Part shown: positions 59,901-62,824 of the stretch, piece after piece
Layout of the letters: the number at the start of each line of letters is the position of its first letter
How positions within the stretch are numbered: the first letter of the stretch is position 1
Assembly (NCBI GenBank): GCA_944381135.1
Contig: CALWJY010000015.1
Coordinates: forward strand, 291,453 to 355,452
Length of the DNA: 64,000 nt
Direction of reading: 5' to 3'
From: an uncultured Clostridia bacterium
GTDB lineage: Bacteria; Bacillota; Clostridia; Christensenellales; UBA1242
Program-made: the position numbers and the translations under genes
The notes under the pieces: model-generated
Seen by the model: the letters and a program-made list of their open reading frames with translations, nothing else
What the model was told of the DNA's origin: nothing
Databases searched by the model: none

Positions 59901-61275
59901 TTGCTGTCCAATGTGCCCACAACTCCAAATCGCCGTCATGTTGATATGTGTTGGTTGATGACCAATAGTCTGTGTCCGGAATGCAAATTCCATTTGAACC
60001 ATAAACTTGAGTTCCTCCACTTGCTGCTGTATACCACCCAGCGAAATTATATCCTGTTCGCGTTGGCGTCCAACCATCTATACCATAATAATTTCCTGTT
60101 CCATATTTTAATGGAGACAATGTTTGAGAATCTGGAGTTCCACCATTTCCGTGCAAGGTTAGGTCATATTCCTTTCCATCCCATTGTGCTGTCAATGTGG
60201 CAGTTCCGTATTTTTCGCTTACTGATGTGCCAGCAGAAAATGTTGCACCAGAAGTCCAACTTCCTCCCGCTGTCGTCACGCGCCAACCTGTGAAATTATA
60301 TCCTGTGCGCGTTGGCGTTGGCAAAGTGTTGGTTGACTCTGGAGTGTAAGAAATTGATGTTGGACTCACACTTCCACCATTTGCATTCAATGTCAAGGTG
60401 TATCTGCTTGGCGACCAAATGCAGAACACTGCGCCATTGTCTCCAGAAACGGTTCCACCATTTCCATCTGGACCTGTTGACAAAACGCAAGAATATCCAT
60501 TTCTTGTGAGTGTTGATGTGGTTGGCGTTCCAGAAACTCTCACAGATGTTCGAGCCGTGATGTCAAGTCTGTTTAAGGCGCTTCTTGTTGGATAGTAGGC
60601 GTTATAGTAAACATATGTATATCCGCTTGCTCTGCTTGAAGCAGAAACAGGATAAAGATTGCTGTTGCTTGAGTTGACTGAAGTGCCAACATTGTAAATC
60701 CAACCGCCTGAGGTTTGGAAATCCCACGCACCGGAGAAGTTCAAAATTGTTCCACTTCCAACACCCGAAGAACCAAAAATTCTGTTGTCATCATCCGAAG
60801 TGAAAAAACGAATGTCTTGTGCATATCTTTGAATTGTGGCTGCAGCAACATTGATGACATTATCTTCCGTTCCTCCAACAATTGTTGTTGCATTCGGTCC
60901 AAACACATTTCTTCCTGTTGTCACACTCGACACAGTTGATGAAGCCCTTTGCAAGAAAACGCAGTCAATCAATTGAACGCTAGTGGCAGAACCCGTGAAA
61001 GCAGACGTTGTGTTGAAAATGCAGTTTCGAAAGATGTATGAGTTTCCACTTGTCAATGCTCGTGCAGATGTATAATATTCGTTGTCATAATCGTAAGCCG
61101 CGTTGGCAGAAACAGGAAGAGAGTTTTCATCCTCGCCATCTTCAATGGCCTCCTCCTGAGAATAAGAATTTGAGAAGTATTGCGTCATTGCCGTCATGCC
61201 AATTCCAAAAGATGTGGCAAGCACGCAAGCGAATGCCAAAATGGAAAACAAAAACTTATGTTTAATCACGTTCAT
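35971..61275 (-). CDS. giant (~8,430 aa) secreted, C-terminally membrane-anchored repeat protein rich in InlB-B / Listeria-Bacteroides (Flg_new-type) repeats; putative adhesin or glycan-binding surface protein
   Basis: The reading frame is uninterrupted from 35971 to 61368. I trimmed the start to the ATG at 61275, which follows GGAGG (the minus strand reads GATGGAGGTTCTC-ATG) and begins a signal-peptide-like 'MNVIKHKFLFSILAFACVLATSFGIG'. By eye I count about 50 cores of the form '(T/S)R(T/Q)GY.F.GW(F/Y)T...GG.Q' ending in 'LYA(H/Q)W'. There are also about 14 MucBP-like modules ending in 'GDGST(V/I)..(Y/F)Y.R..Y'. The C-terminus is 'IWWLWIIIAIVAVLLLILIIFIIV-RKQRERKMKYMSKQ'. Confidence 0.85.
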   Translation of the reverse strand: MNVIKHKFLFSILAFACVLATSFGIGMTAMTQYFSNSYSQEEAIEDGEDENSLPVSANAAYDYDNEYYTSARALTSGNSYIFRNCIFNTTSAFTGSATSVQLIDCVFLQRASSTVSSVTTGRNVFGPNATTIVGGTEDNVINVAAATIQRYAQDIRFFTSDDDNRIFGSSGVGSGTILNFSGAWDFQTSGGWIYNVGTSVNSSNSNLYPVSASSRASGYTYVYYNAYYPTRSALNRLDITARTSVRVSGTPTTSTLTRNGYSCVLSTGPDGNGGTVSGDNGAVFCIWSPSRYTLTLNANGGSVSPTSISYTPESTNTLPTPTRTGYNFTGWRVTTAGGSWTSGATFSAGTSVSEKYGTATLTAQWDGKEYDLTLHGNGGTPDSQTLSPLKYGTGNYYGIDGWTPTRTGYNFAGWYTAASGGTQVYGSNGICIPDTDYWSSTNTYQHDGDLELWAHWTANRYTLTAYGNSGSITSTSGWTGTGNSATKTVTYNSTYGTLPSVIRQGYEFTGWFTLATGGTQVNTGTTYTTAGNSSIYAHWNPVTYSLTFNPNGGTVYGGTGNAVRYYNIEADSSISGVNNVITALPTPTRTGYNFTGWRVTTAGGNWTSGTTYQAGKTVEGMYGNSASATVILTAQWSANIYTVTMDGNSGTPGIDSDLSNWTGYQYGDRFEATYDSSTNTSTVALATSGGWEVIGVPIYVERNTNYTISFDYNFPDDYALSSAGSYQGFAYQVLFTTPAASNNQNNDLAIGYFPYDETSHTGTASSGTATISFNSGNYDVVYLILNGGYVTDNITLNFSVGNFRITPHQIYLKYNTGWYADSSATQAITSVDVPYREGYTFQGYYTEASGGDQVVSANGTINSGYLKYRATDFTLFAHWSANTYVVNFDSTNYAVYPYARNQSGSTGTYTTYIEDNVLIYEWEVTTASNNGPHAGTTIELEIGETYTWSIDVKASRNIQIGYFGHEMGGTRTVNVTTDWQTVTHTYTATTNENNYRSFVFYTNNWQVGDVLSYKNLSIQKVSDIKADYAIGNLSVTYDGDYANLPTPTRTGYTFEGWFLEPTFDTRIQATSTVSTASDHTLYSDWTPITYNVVFHPNGGSGTTASQTFTYDVAQALRTNGFTNPGYNFAGWNTEQDGTGQSYTAGQSVQNLASTQGATVTLYAQWTADTLTINLDSKLYSSSSDATGTNADDAGTSVIYLQYGVGFFSNAGATADITRIEVPTKAGYAFGGYYETKVGVGEQASGNQIINANGEIVGSNTFVTSNTTLYAYWTPVEYTITLDNSRYASADASTGTPATSSGTPTLYLQYNTRWALSSGSTTSATRITSPTMTGYTFQGYYTGKAGTGTQIVAANGTINSGLLTYTTSNDTLYAHWTANSYTLTLDGSGGTIAANSGWTGSGATATKNLAYNAQLGTLPTSATISRTGYDFAGWFTDAPGGTVQVSSTTVFNEDNTDFVWSSGSFVSATIYARWTPQEYEITLDSARYASQTASTGVSADTVGTNRIYLQYETRWTLTSGSASTATQIAIPTMTGYTFGGYYNTKTGVGTQIIDEDGLINSGFLTFFTGDATLYALWTPNEYALTLDANEGTIAANSSWTGSGDTATKTLTYNTALGTLPTSATISRTGYDFVGWFTAETGGTQVDENDLFHTTNANFVWGSNNSFVSATIYAHWTPSVYTISLDAGYNSPNNIGEIFLQYNTGFFLHYEGGQVSTPLTSITQYGFVPTRTGYNFLGYYTEDNRQVIDENGTINSGFLTFTTSPTTLYAHWEGKMVEVQLDLNQGDGSTTPTFLVDGSENEAFNGTIYVRFGTDEMYLGLSQDGRSGTNQITNITAQRTGYNFGGWETTDNAVTQILINSTGVIADENGWTYSENSTTLNAVWSPKNYQVDLDAGDEVIAGENPHVNIVTPIYAQFDDEYFYKTRTNGVIDSSSAITGAQGDPYPLAIRQGYTFDGWFTQENGGVQITSANGMFLENVSGYISNGAWIYDGDVTLHAHYTPDRIGVTLSLGQSGAEFVNGNGWSIQTSTEDNISFATNEVTFGQAIGALPGVNMVDGEMVVNQTDVTFTGYTFLGWAYSSSGIVIESGISYTVVEENGATYLDFGTSANRIEIITPETIYDSFNAQVFYAVWQKVPYQVTFVLDGGAFEGTVSNPLTYDITSSTLTLPNATKLGHTLVGWTVTTAGGNWTSGTDYSVGHSLLGMHGNVTLTAHWEPNIVQVALDFGTHVNASVSTNVTEDNGNYYIYVEYGTQNIYAERSGTNFPYQPVGDVIQPIANATGYRFLGWYYEQNNQQIIDASGNLNENWTLSGAGVITLVARWESLPYTITLEQSDADVAGTESLTAYFGQTSSFVGQITNPTRAGYTAAGWEDADGTLVIDANGNIQQVSTYLQNGVWNYADNLTLYVRWQSQDLQITLSQTDATTPGDTMIYLRYNVGFFMNTSDDEELTQVQTPVRTGYAFQGYFTQTNGQGRQIIDRNGNILLESDGILTFTAVNTSIFAHWTPNRYDITLHNNYGSDATTQIQVEFDSNNFFDSTNIQIPNVTTSRDGYTFMGYFTSSEGGVQVIDREGLLVSSATEGDVVIAENGIWVYAGGDELFAHWEATTYEITYVANGGQFASNVETTVEYTTEDDNIVLYGYSQISLPGYTLRWTSEATNSGDRIATTWVNGDFAPSTAFTSSNGLFGNVTLTAQWTPITTDLTFNLDGGDGATSHTVTFDQNVSNIQLPDDAPSGTSAVAWKTGYILEGFFTTSGADGEKIFNADGSPVSIAVNGWLASGTGSNMIWKNTTRPDTDGQNAQVTLYAHWTAATYAVNYSLGTGIDRISISGTGVDGQDGEKLTNGTVQVEYGSTITVIATARVGYTISQWTAGTASNPTTPVGSTSNENRTATYTFTFNGSLFGVADGGVLDAGSIYYVSSSATANMVGYTIQYRVQGEDGTFGPVNTLTGTYQALTDSVVQLSFAQQEIQDLITESPAQYGYLNAFEFDGVKFYTAQNQSKDEYDDVTSFTVQGNGGLIIELYYRYRTFEIEYNMTSGALVNGAPEVVSYNYYTLITLLESDDVMRIGYTLSGWQVSQAVGNWTSTTFTQGQQLRNMYGTVTLTPTWTQKTFDISYDLNDGTWVHQPTEISYQLTSNPITLPTIDDVEKTGYTFAGWTLNYVFDTWHTGTIDAEGNFVLDASHSSSVYTNEISLRQGITYTLSANGVWKIFSADGTFIQTVSTLEYAPTQDQVAFILFENGLSTAERGNFTVTASGLATTIPSGSVGDVRFEAIYSAQRIAVTLDGNRGTGSTDVTIAPSTLVNNTVYIEFDSTNIFASNNALDTTPILPLATRGGYRFLGWWNGETQVTDAQGNLLANWTNADEGTWTAHWTPYTYRITLSGNSGTLSNVTGLSGLTSLGGNVYQATFDQDGTFTASLTRQGYTFIGWALEPNNSDATTGITQGEITKSSSAVFTSAGTTLLNLTEVENRSVPIYAQWEADYVTVTLDVNQGTGSSVPSISNSTIYVKSDALYSTAVTSLDSMSTTGLLTPSRVGYRFLGWFTEADGGDQVTNDTRLLVEDVTYDQAGNGSKTLYAHWEALSRTVTYHYNFGGSSTTFVDNVTFDATYTVLTTAETGNWTVTGWTFVNWRVGLSGNTTYEAGQQFRFTFDNMDLYAVWSENSYTITYDPNDANYQGTAQVISGMQTTVEISYTTAVDTNARFTREGYTFAGWYLTPDCNDVDLVGTGSLVSGLCTGVEGDDEITIYAKWTPEAVRYQVHHYVQTIDAARDADVSNSLSDLSNFTLHHTDSKSAESESTITITNEVVNISGFTYGNQFAYTTTNTTWATSGQVIVQADGSLEIYLFYTRNSYDMTVTIGIGVDSVSASALDEATSESRTLTGSNSVVDDETVTTFADIFYGEVVSLVADLSDGYHDANFVGNVTISSSNTFSMPTNDVTITASAEAGQVAYHVAVYLEGVTEDQFTPHTILDFQATVDTEVTISSSVFALAGYEFDSGNENNDLTKIITGDGNTTFSIYYIRSTFELTINANGGTYSGQTPISQRYGTTTLVSDPIWTGHTFLGWSQPENGTFEDATNTYTFGTGNATLVAQWQENVYAITLNANDSTGSTRATINPESAVVYITFNHSTFWTDWSGATLPNNTTGEPISPTATRAGYHFEGWFTSDGTQIIDDEGNLVANANGYVQNGAWVLAEDVELYAHWTNATYRVTFDANVTTSYERDDPSIEYQFDDVTFDEAYGTLPTATRTGYDFGGWFLTASCEADEEVTEETIVTTPNAHTLFAKWTAEPLGISYRLTQIDIPTTPTSTVTHSEDVTIVLNAYTGYTVPNAITVQIGATTVASGSAYTYVVASDGSYGTITIKQGYINEDITIIATAERETNSVIFNLQHINVQSGANFVQSGQNYTAVLERAYGYHLPAESGIVVTVTTEEGVRTLTERDVTITIEGDEITIEIVGQHSDTDIVINGTVTISASGTAMTPTVSFDVNEYDGETPDEMVVTFDQAYGTLPTLSMEGYNFVGWFLSDVALDGALPTDQITSTSVVGIETDHTLHAYWTSKQVTVNIRNNSGGNYEGTVSGQLSTGGNTFTTGIFRTGDTIILSNNPTMQNGQAVYTFSRWTVENGTGSITSRGDGTYAYQITSEDTDTAGNTLTFKAVYTVSGNIVVITDDGQTLTGGTASFVGGSSTWDYTGPSQTQSMTASEYAGYEFVGWSTSANGTIVSENNPYQITMGTNGNFTYYARFDSIVYTITYHHQGGAWASGFNPQTTYITSTGATLPNSANITRTGYDFAGWWTEAENGTEVTTIAANEIGNREFFAHWTAREYVVLLSTHGGEDVDTDDGTNILTVTYDEATYVPSTTRVGYDFAGWSTSESSISSTRDINESALGEGETLSEYLIRTNASGGIYRFIRTDEMVEYYVFNLSSTANANVTIHAIWTPVQVTYHIQYWLESLEVDEDGNAIYKLDTETTDGNLTTTHSTTGTAYTEDVVSIPDVSYYGFTFNANDDRNIRSATVAGDGNTVVRLYFTRNSYTLNFTKPSLGVESISIIVNGDALDTATGTDNETTASIKFNQSVTISATISAGYKFASFTESVNTSVRLAEEEAGTHTHNFNILRSTTYTVNVEAQERDYVVNFLYENLAGDGYETRGVQSVTRTALVDQTIRYADLADLIDDETHLLTGFNYDNMNDITISADVSENVIYVHYSRNTYTVTLNTTSRITSLALQGIDPDEDTTNRYTLKFEQRVTLVATVIAGYQFDDWTCTEMTASQIITATSSSGDPSTGETTTATLTMPARNLTISASANPIPSPFYLEYYLQNLDGSTYPSAYHERVRLEGYTDTAVNLQDYDFNEYEGFTYDDMTMTNNGIIFADGSTIVRLYYTRDDVTVNIAFTEGIESVTVTATNYSFSQTFQEDGSFNLLYEGNVTLTYTLEMVDGVSGYSFTGWDIDGSVTTTGSVTAETEDISITAIAAPRDITLTFHRNVEGADTTQSQTIQYNQETTLRRNTFTRTGYNFLGWSTENDSTVEYENGERYIFSNTRAYQTNVDLYAVWDAISYQITFSTNGGSQTTAIENITGIRYDGEPTLLASALGNYTLTGFTYSGWGLTSNSTAQDIIHVDSLDEITGRGIYEFNGNWYAYNLTTIDDETVTVYAVWDENSYDLIYHSNYDFVESGMSDQTSSETHLYTETFQIKSNTDSAILFTLTGYTFSGWNTEEDGSGRDYSSGTSVSRLASEADGEFHLYAQWTPNRHQLTFNANGGSGEMATIETIYGQNLQLPETAFTRTGYDFAGWSEDPNGEDGTIYRDEYSFTPYRFDRDVTLYAQWTPIPYILTLIGGGGTIDGMTADASGNYTLSYTIESVGTLPTITRRGYDFISWRVTTAGGSWSSGQEFADPSSVSLTGRYGNATLTARWQAQSFRLTVNFIKADGSSVAESQIIDVTYGQTYRVDCPQVVGYTPRQASVSGTWEYISNQEVNVTYDPNRYTLTLDTNVSAGTTGSVISTYSSLYVYYDSTYADAYTTTDNTQVSLEDASPTRQGYKFVGWFTQRTNGTQVLPSDTVSITSNTTLYAHWQATETSYTIRFMFERLSTSDYEQRTELRQDVPASGLTDSVVNESVVAQALGGTIPQTIDGFIYSGSITSTTINANGQTVVEVRYNRSYYSLTLRTEDGVTATATATNVGTDVTYIYNSGNGNYSVRYEATISLSSSVTDEGYIVGSFSSSDVTITSDNTFEMPARNVTVTLSSTAREYEIIFHSNFGETDLTETQSPAPRYRENITLRSNTFENPGFRFVGWSTTPSGTNIAYLDGATYVLNQYTPQVNLYAVWEAIVYNLTINGGAGIQTNRLQITVDGSPVNYENTIYVYYGNQVTVSIANSTGDRVALKGGYIFHGFEIGDETTEEDSVSLTISDDVNINILTEAGEAFFNVVYRLQTFSTNQYETVETIEAVSGITDQVVTTEYLGSLDLLREYEGFAFGSLNDGTTNETAIIRYAEDPEDYTTIYVFYLRQHYGLTLDTSVTGLQSFTYQAVPNESRVTTSSGQLRVYFESALNLTVRTRSGYEFAGFRATITDPTTQTSITVNATVEDGNYVFYDNDMTEVFRISVDESGQMTLDSMPAYDLIITPIIDAQTYPVTYHKYAGTDLAEYKDEVTYNEPYTVLFNNSPQLNWTREGYEFRGWALSQTAADNGEVFITSAITYEHYTFTYGLDLWAVWAAEDADYRFEYYFENTNGEFVIDDRFTQYFSGTPGTEVSITILEMEGYVYDEGHEGEIVSGDINANGNLALRIYYTRAYYVLTINYETNEIQSVEVASDGLLAGSVSQTDGRLIAQIKHGFQVDLSYEYAPGYTNAVINGVTTLDADSFNMTMSNLTISLTTSPRDYYVIFTGGDGGILGDGSGEQTYVQAFNYQQTLPLTQNRFTKLGYEFAGWQIGDELYADEQSFTFSYTEDVQAVATWVARDDTSFTITYLITDINGDLSEEVVGTANLVGTTDEEITQSDAEEGFNQVFGINLAGYEFDSFQTTGTILPDGTGTAQAIFHLKAFTVSFSVSGEQEDVTGIDGVSMTYQTSENGEQSFTLGEQTSVSVEYSSSMTISISVTEGYEFDQILITGEGISLTVDQLTDGTYTYTMPSADINIHIQTVAERHQIIYHRNFTEDDMVTTSQMVAYGSAYTLEGNFSITGWQLLGWSTSDDDTVEFAVGAEMDPYLLSTDTEYYAVWEANDYVVTYNGNGAEGSIGDTTGVYDQLVELASAEEDQANFNLVGHKFTSWSLDGQTPATLVTDEIITEAGQQDLLSYVQNVAGSGLYEYQGTIYAFNLATGSETDRTVTIYAVWEEISYTVVLRDEENPSHVYEFETSFTYNETITLPTYAELQAEGWADPPGYDFSGWTYTDDEGQVQETLAGVDEQIQLSRLTATDGKEVELFARWTMGSIEVDVRVLLQDADGNWTTNVRDVPDPDNEFEFEIQRYLTGDRAYELFLQDSDFETQLAEEGYEYDLQHSQDSFLFVTATDENVIDVYFARRFYEVTINTTDRIADASITSSLYDTFTLQEETENSKTYTIRFGDVVNLSLTANEGYQSPTFDTPLTEVEGGFTLEIGTEDVVLYADATPRTDTPYTIEVFLQNLDGSFNEEAEITFGQTGTTEQQLSDAIIRNIVEATYAQNLAGFTFGSITYQNGINTIMGDGSTVVIMTYTRNSYSLSISYENENAFIETDSEGAHMFGEEVSLTFTVRVGFLLAEENITLMTNPSDGTLGTEVEFSISTVEEEDGSTTVTIVFNMPASDVTLNLSPEALEVDFMVYYMIQNESLGEDLDVDYAPYSDPITLQGFTGQVLTREDIGFNTAVITGFEAFMSSIDGQEVTIAGDGSTVVYIYFNRNMHIVTLTFVDEMRGLVGESVLLTVDGTEPQTSTEYTWNVAYGQTFELTFEYMAGFSFGGYTIDDLPISTGVIGTTLTRTMEDEDLAINATITAEESPFRLEYYRQNLDSEEYSIALSRDLTGTTHHPFTEEEIIEDYVTNISNIFVEFDESVFFGFNFDHYDVLIDGVDSTDNAYIAGSNSTARTVIRFFYTRQLVDVEITFNEDQVESVVGAGTYQFGATVNLSATLMPGYRFVEWQIDADTRLSELEASFVIDGTEKYEIELISDVGEADYTVEHYLEVIETGNYVLFGEPETYTGTTESEIDFLQYVQTFVGYTYDSSEFETYEVVGDGSTVIRLYYNLNTVTFEVKFGTGIEAITVEGLISQTDIEGGEFNPETQSYTFTAKYTKQLSLSVTTMVGYRFDGWLLNDSETAIENSDQPRGYIFSVLSEPFTLTATAKESIVTVTFNPNNGSESIQRNVQYNQTLTLRGDMFTNGNMIFLGWAYSPNGDVAFFDGDVITVNFEDGLVLYAIWASPPASIWWLWIIIAIVAVLLLILIIFIIVRKQRERKMKYMSKQ
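36016..36087 (-). other. C-terminal transmembrane anchor of the giant protein, followed by a 14-aa basic cytoplasmic tail
   Basis: A 24-residue hydrophobic helix is followed by RKQRERKMKYMSKQ-stop. No LPXTG-type motif lies upstream of it. Confidence 0.8.
56251..57453 (-). repeat. tandem duplication of a ~600-bp (two-module, ~200-aa) unit inside the giant gene
   Basis: ORF aa ~1306-1505 and ~1507-1706 align residue for residue ('EY.ITLD..RYAS..ASTG...YLQY.TRW.L.SGS..(S/T)AT.I..PTMTGYTF.GYY..K.G.GTQI' then 'TIAANS.WTGSG.TATK.L.YN..LGTLPTSATISRTGYDF.GWFT'). At the DNA level, cgtgcgtgaaattgttgctgaagttggaagtgtgccaag (~56396) matches cgtgcgcgaaattgttgctgaagttggaagcgtgccaag (~56998). Confidence 0.8.
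58213..58626 (-). other. non-repeat jelly-roll / CBM-like insert 2 in the giant protein
   Basis: ORF aa ~915-1052: 'GPHAGTTIELEIGETYTWSIDVKASRNIQIGYFGHEMGG..VNVTTDWQTVTHTYTAT..NYRSFVFYTNNWQVGDVLSYKNLSIQKV'. The pattern (a ...TY..S..vKAs... strand followed by a ..W..v...f.a strand) is typical of CBM4/9/22-like beta-sandwiches. Confidence 0.45.
58855..59301 (-). other. non-repeat jelly-roll / CBM-like insert 1 in the giant protein
   Basis: ORF aa ~690-838: 'GGWEVIGVPIYVERNTNYTISFDYNFPDDYALSSAGSYQGFAYQVLF...GTATISFNSGNYDVVYLILNGGYVTDNITLNFSVGNFRITP'. The segment contains no GY.F.GW core. Confidence 0.4.
61183..61275 (-). other. N-terminal signal peptide / signal anchor of the giant protein
   Basis: A basic n-region (MNVIKHK) precedes the hydrophobic core FLFSILAFACVLATSFGIG. 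Confidence 0.7.
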
Positions 61276-61404
61276 GAGAACCTCCATCAATTTCTTTACG
61301 CCAAGCAAAATTTCATTTAATTTTCTGCCTTCAATTTCAATCAACCAATTTTCGTTTACAAAAGTCAAACATCAAGCCCTTGAAGACAGAATTCTGTCTA
61401 TATT

Positions 61405-61433
61405 ATTTTAATATATTAAGCAAAAAAAGTCAA
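61405..61433 (-). promoter_or_regulatory. sigma-70-type promoter of the giant gene
   Basis: The minus strand reads TTGACT-ttttttgcttaatatat-TAAAAT, with a 17-nt spacer. It lies about 130 nt upstream of the trimmed start. Confidence 0.5.
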
Positions 61434-62056
61434 TTTAATTCTCATAAAGAAACACCTAAAACCAAAAAATGTTTTTGTCCGCATTTTACGAACAAAAAAT
61501 TGTTTGACAAAAAACAAATTTTTACTTTAATCTCCAAATTTTTTATTTTTCTTTAAAATTACAAAAACAATCGTAAAAAATTAAGAAAAAATGAAATTTT
61601 TATGCAATTTTTATGATTTTTTCAAATCTTTCGTCACTTTTGTGCCAACTTGATGCTTTTAAAAAATCTTTCCATTTCCAAAAATTTTAAAATCAGCCTT
61701 AGAACAGCCATAAAAACAGACAAACTTTCTCTTATTGTCGTAAGAAAAACCTTGGGAACAAATTTAAAACTTAAAAAAGTTAAGATTTCAATTAAATTGC
61801 AAGCAAAAGTGGCAAAATTTCATGTTTTTGACATATTTTTTACCATTTTTATTAAATTTTTGAATATTTTAAAACTTTTTTGCAAAATTTTTTTGCTTAA
61901 TTTTTGTTTTCCCCCACAATTTTCGCTGTTTTTATTTTAGTTTTTCATCTTTGAGTTTCAAAGATTGTCTCATGTTTTTTCAGCAAAACTGACAAAAAAC
62001 ACAAAAATTATTTTTTGGCATAGATTGAATATGAGGAGATTTTAGGTTTACAAAGG

Positions 62057-62824
62057 ATGAATAACGAAACAGTTTCAATCATTTTATGCTTTACACTGCC
62101 TTGCCTGATGACAATTTTGGGCGCAACACTTGTGTTTTTCTTTCAGAAATCTTCCAAAATTGTAAACATGATAACCATAGGTCTTGCGGCAGGAATCATG
62201 CTTTCCGCATCAATATGGTCGCTTTTGATGCCAGCAATGGAATATTCTCAAGACTTTTGGGGGAATCTATACATTCTGCCTGTGGTGCTTGGGTTTGTTT
62301 TGGGTGGCATTTTTATGGTGCTTTTAGATGTTGTTTGTGCCAAATTTTTTAAAACGCACAAGGACAACAAAAACAAAAAAGCATTCAAATTGTTTACAGC
62401 AATCACAATTCACAACATTCCAGAAGGACTTTCTGTTGGCTTTGCAATTGGAACCGCCGTTGCAATGGCATCACCCACGCTTTCTGCCGTCATGTTTGCC
62501 GTTGGAATTGCCATGCAAAACTTCCCTGAAGGGCTTGCAACCGCACTTCCCCTTCAAAACTGTTTGCACAAACGCGGAAAATCTTTTCTTCTTGCAACAT
62601 TAAGCGGAATTGTCGAACCTATTTTTGCAATCATAGGCTTTTTCCTTGCCACATACATCTCGTCTCTTCTTCCGTGGCTTTTGGCGTTTTCAGCCGGAGC
62701 GATGATTTATGTGATTGTTGAAGAAATGATTCCAGAAATTCATATGGACGGAAAAGCATCTTGGGGAACATGGGCTTTTGTGATTGGGTTTGTCGTGATG
62801 ATGATTTTGGATGTTTGCCTATAA
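62057..62824 (+). CDS. zupT: ZIP-family zinc/divalent-metal transporter
   Basis: 'AITIHNIPEGLSVGFA' and 'GIAMQNFPEGLATA' are the paired ZIP/ZupT signature helices. The protein is ~255 aa with about 8 TM helices. Confidence 0.8.
   Translation: MNNETVSIILCFTLPCLMTILGATLVFFFQKSSKIVNMITIGLAAGIMLSASIWSLLMPAMEYSQDFWGNLYILPVVLGFVLGGIFMVLLDVVCAKFFKTHKDNKNKKAFKLFTAITIHNIPEGLSVGFAIGTAVAMASPTLSAVMFAVGIAMQNFPEGLATALPLQNCLHKRGKSFLLATLSGIVEPIFAIIGFFLATYISSLLPWLLAFSAGAMIYVIVEEMIPEIHMDGKASWGTWAFVIGFVVMMILDVCL

Noticed and set aside
36278-61265. Dozens of 60-190-aa ORFs on both strands inside the giant gene
   Set aside because: All of them are nested in the 25-kb frame. Their similarity to one another simply reflects the underlying DNA repeats read out of frame. 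None has an RBS or a protein-like composition.
35971-61275. The possibility that the giant ORF is an NRPS/PKS megasynthase or an RTX/cadherin-type toxin
   Set aside because: I see no adenylation (e.g. LKAGxAYVPID), KS (DTACSS), carrier (DSL) or thioesterase motifs. There are no GGxGxD RTX nonapeptides, and there is no T1SS C-terminal signal, because the C-terminus is a TM helix.
61276-61368. An upstream extension of the giant ORF (the track start 'MTFVNENWLIEIEGRK...')
   Set aside because: The first codon is TTG and has no SD. The extension precedes the signal peptide, and the internal ATG at 61275 has a GGAGG SD. I therefore treat this stretch as 5' UTR.
61650-61940. A 96-aa plus-strand ORF in the AT-rich region upstream of the giant gene
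   Set aside because: It has a TTG start and no SD. Its Lys/Phe/Leu/Ile composition is what AT-rich non-coding DNA yields on translation.
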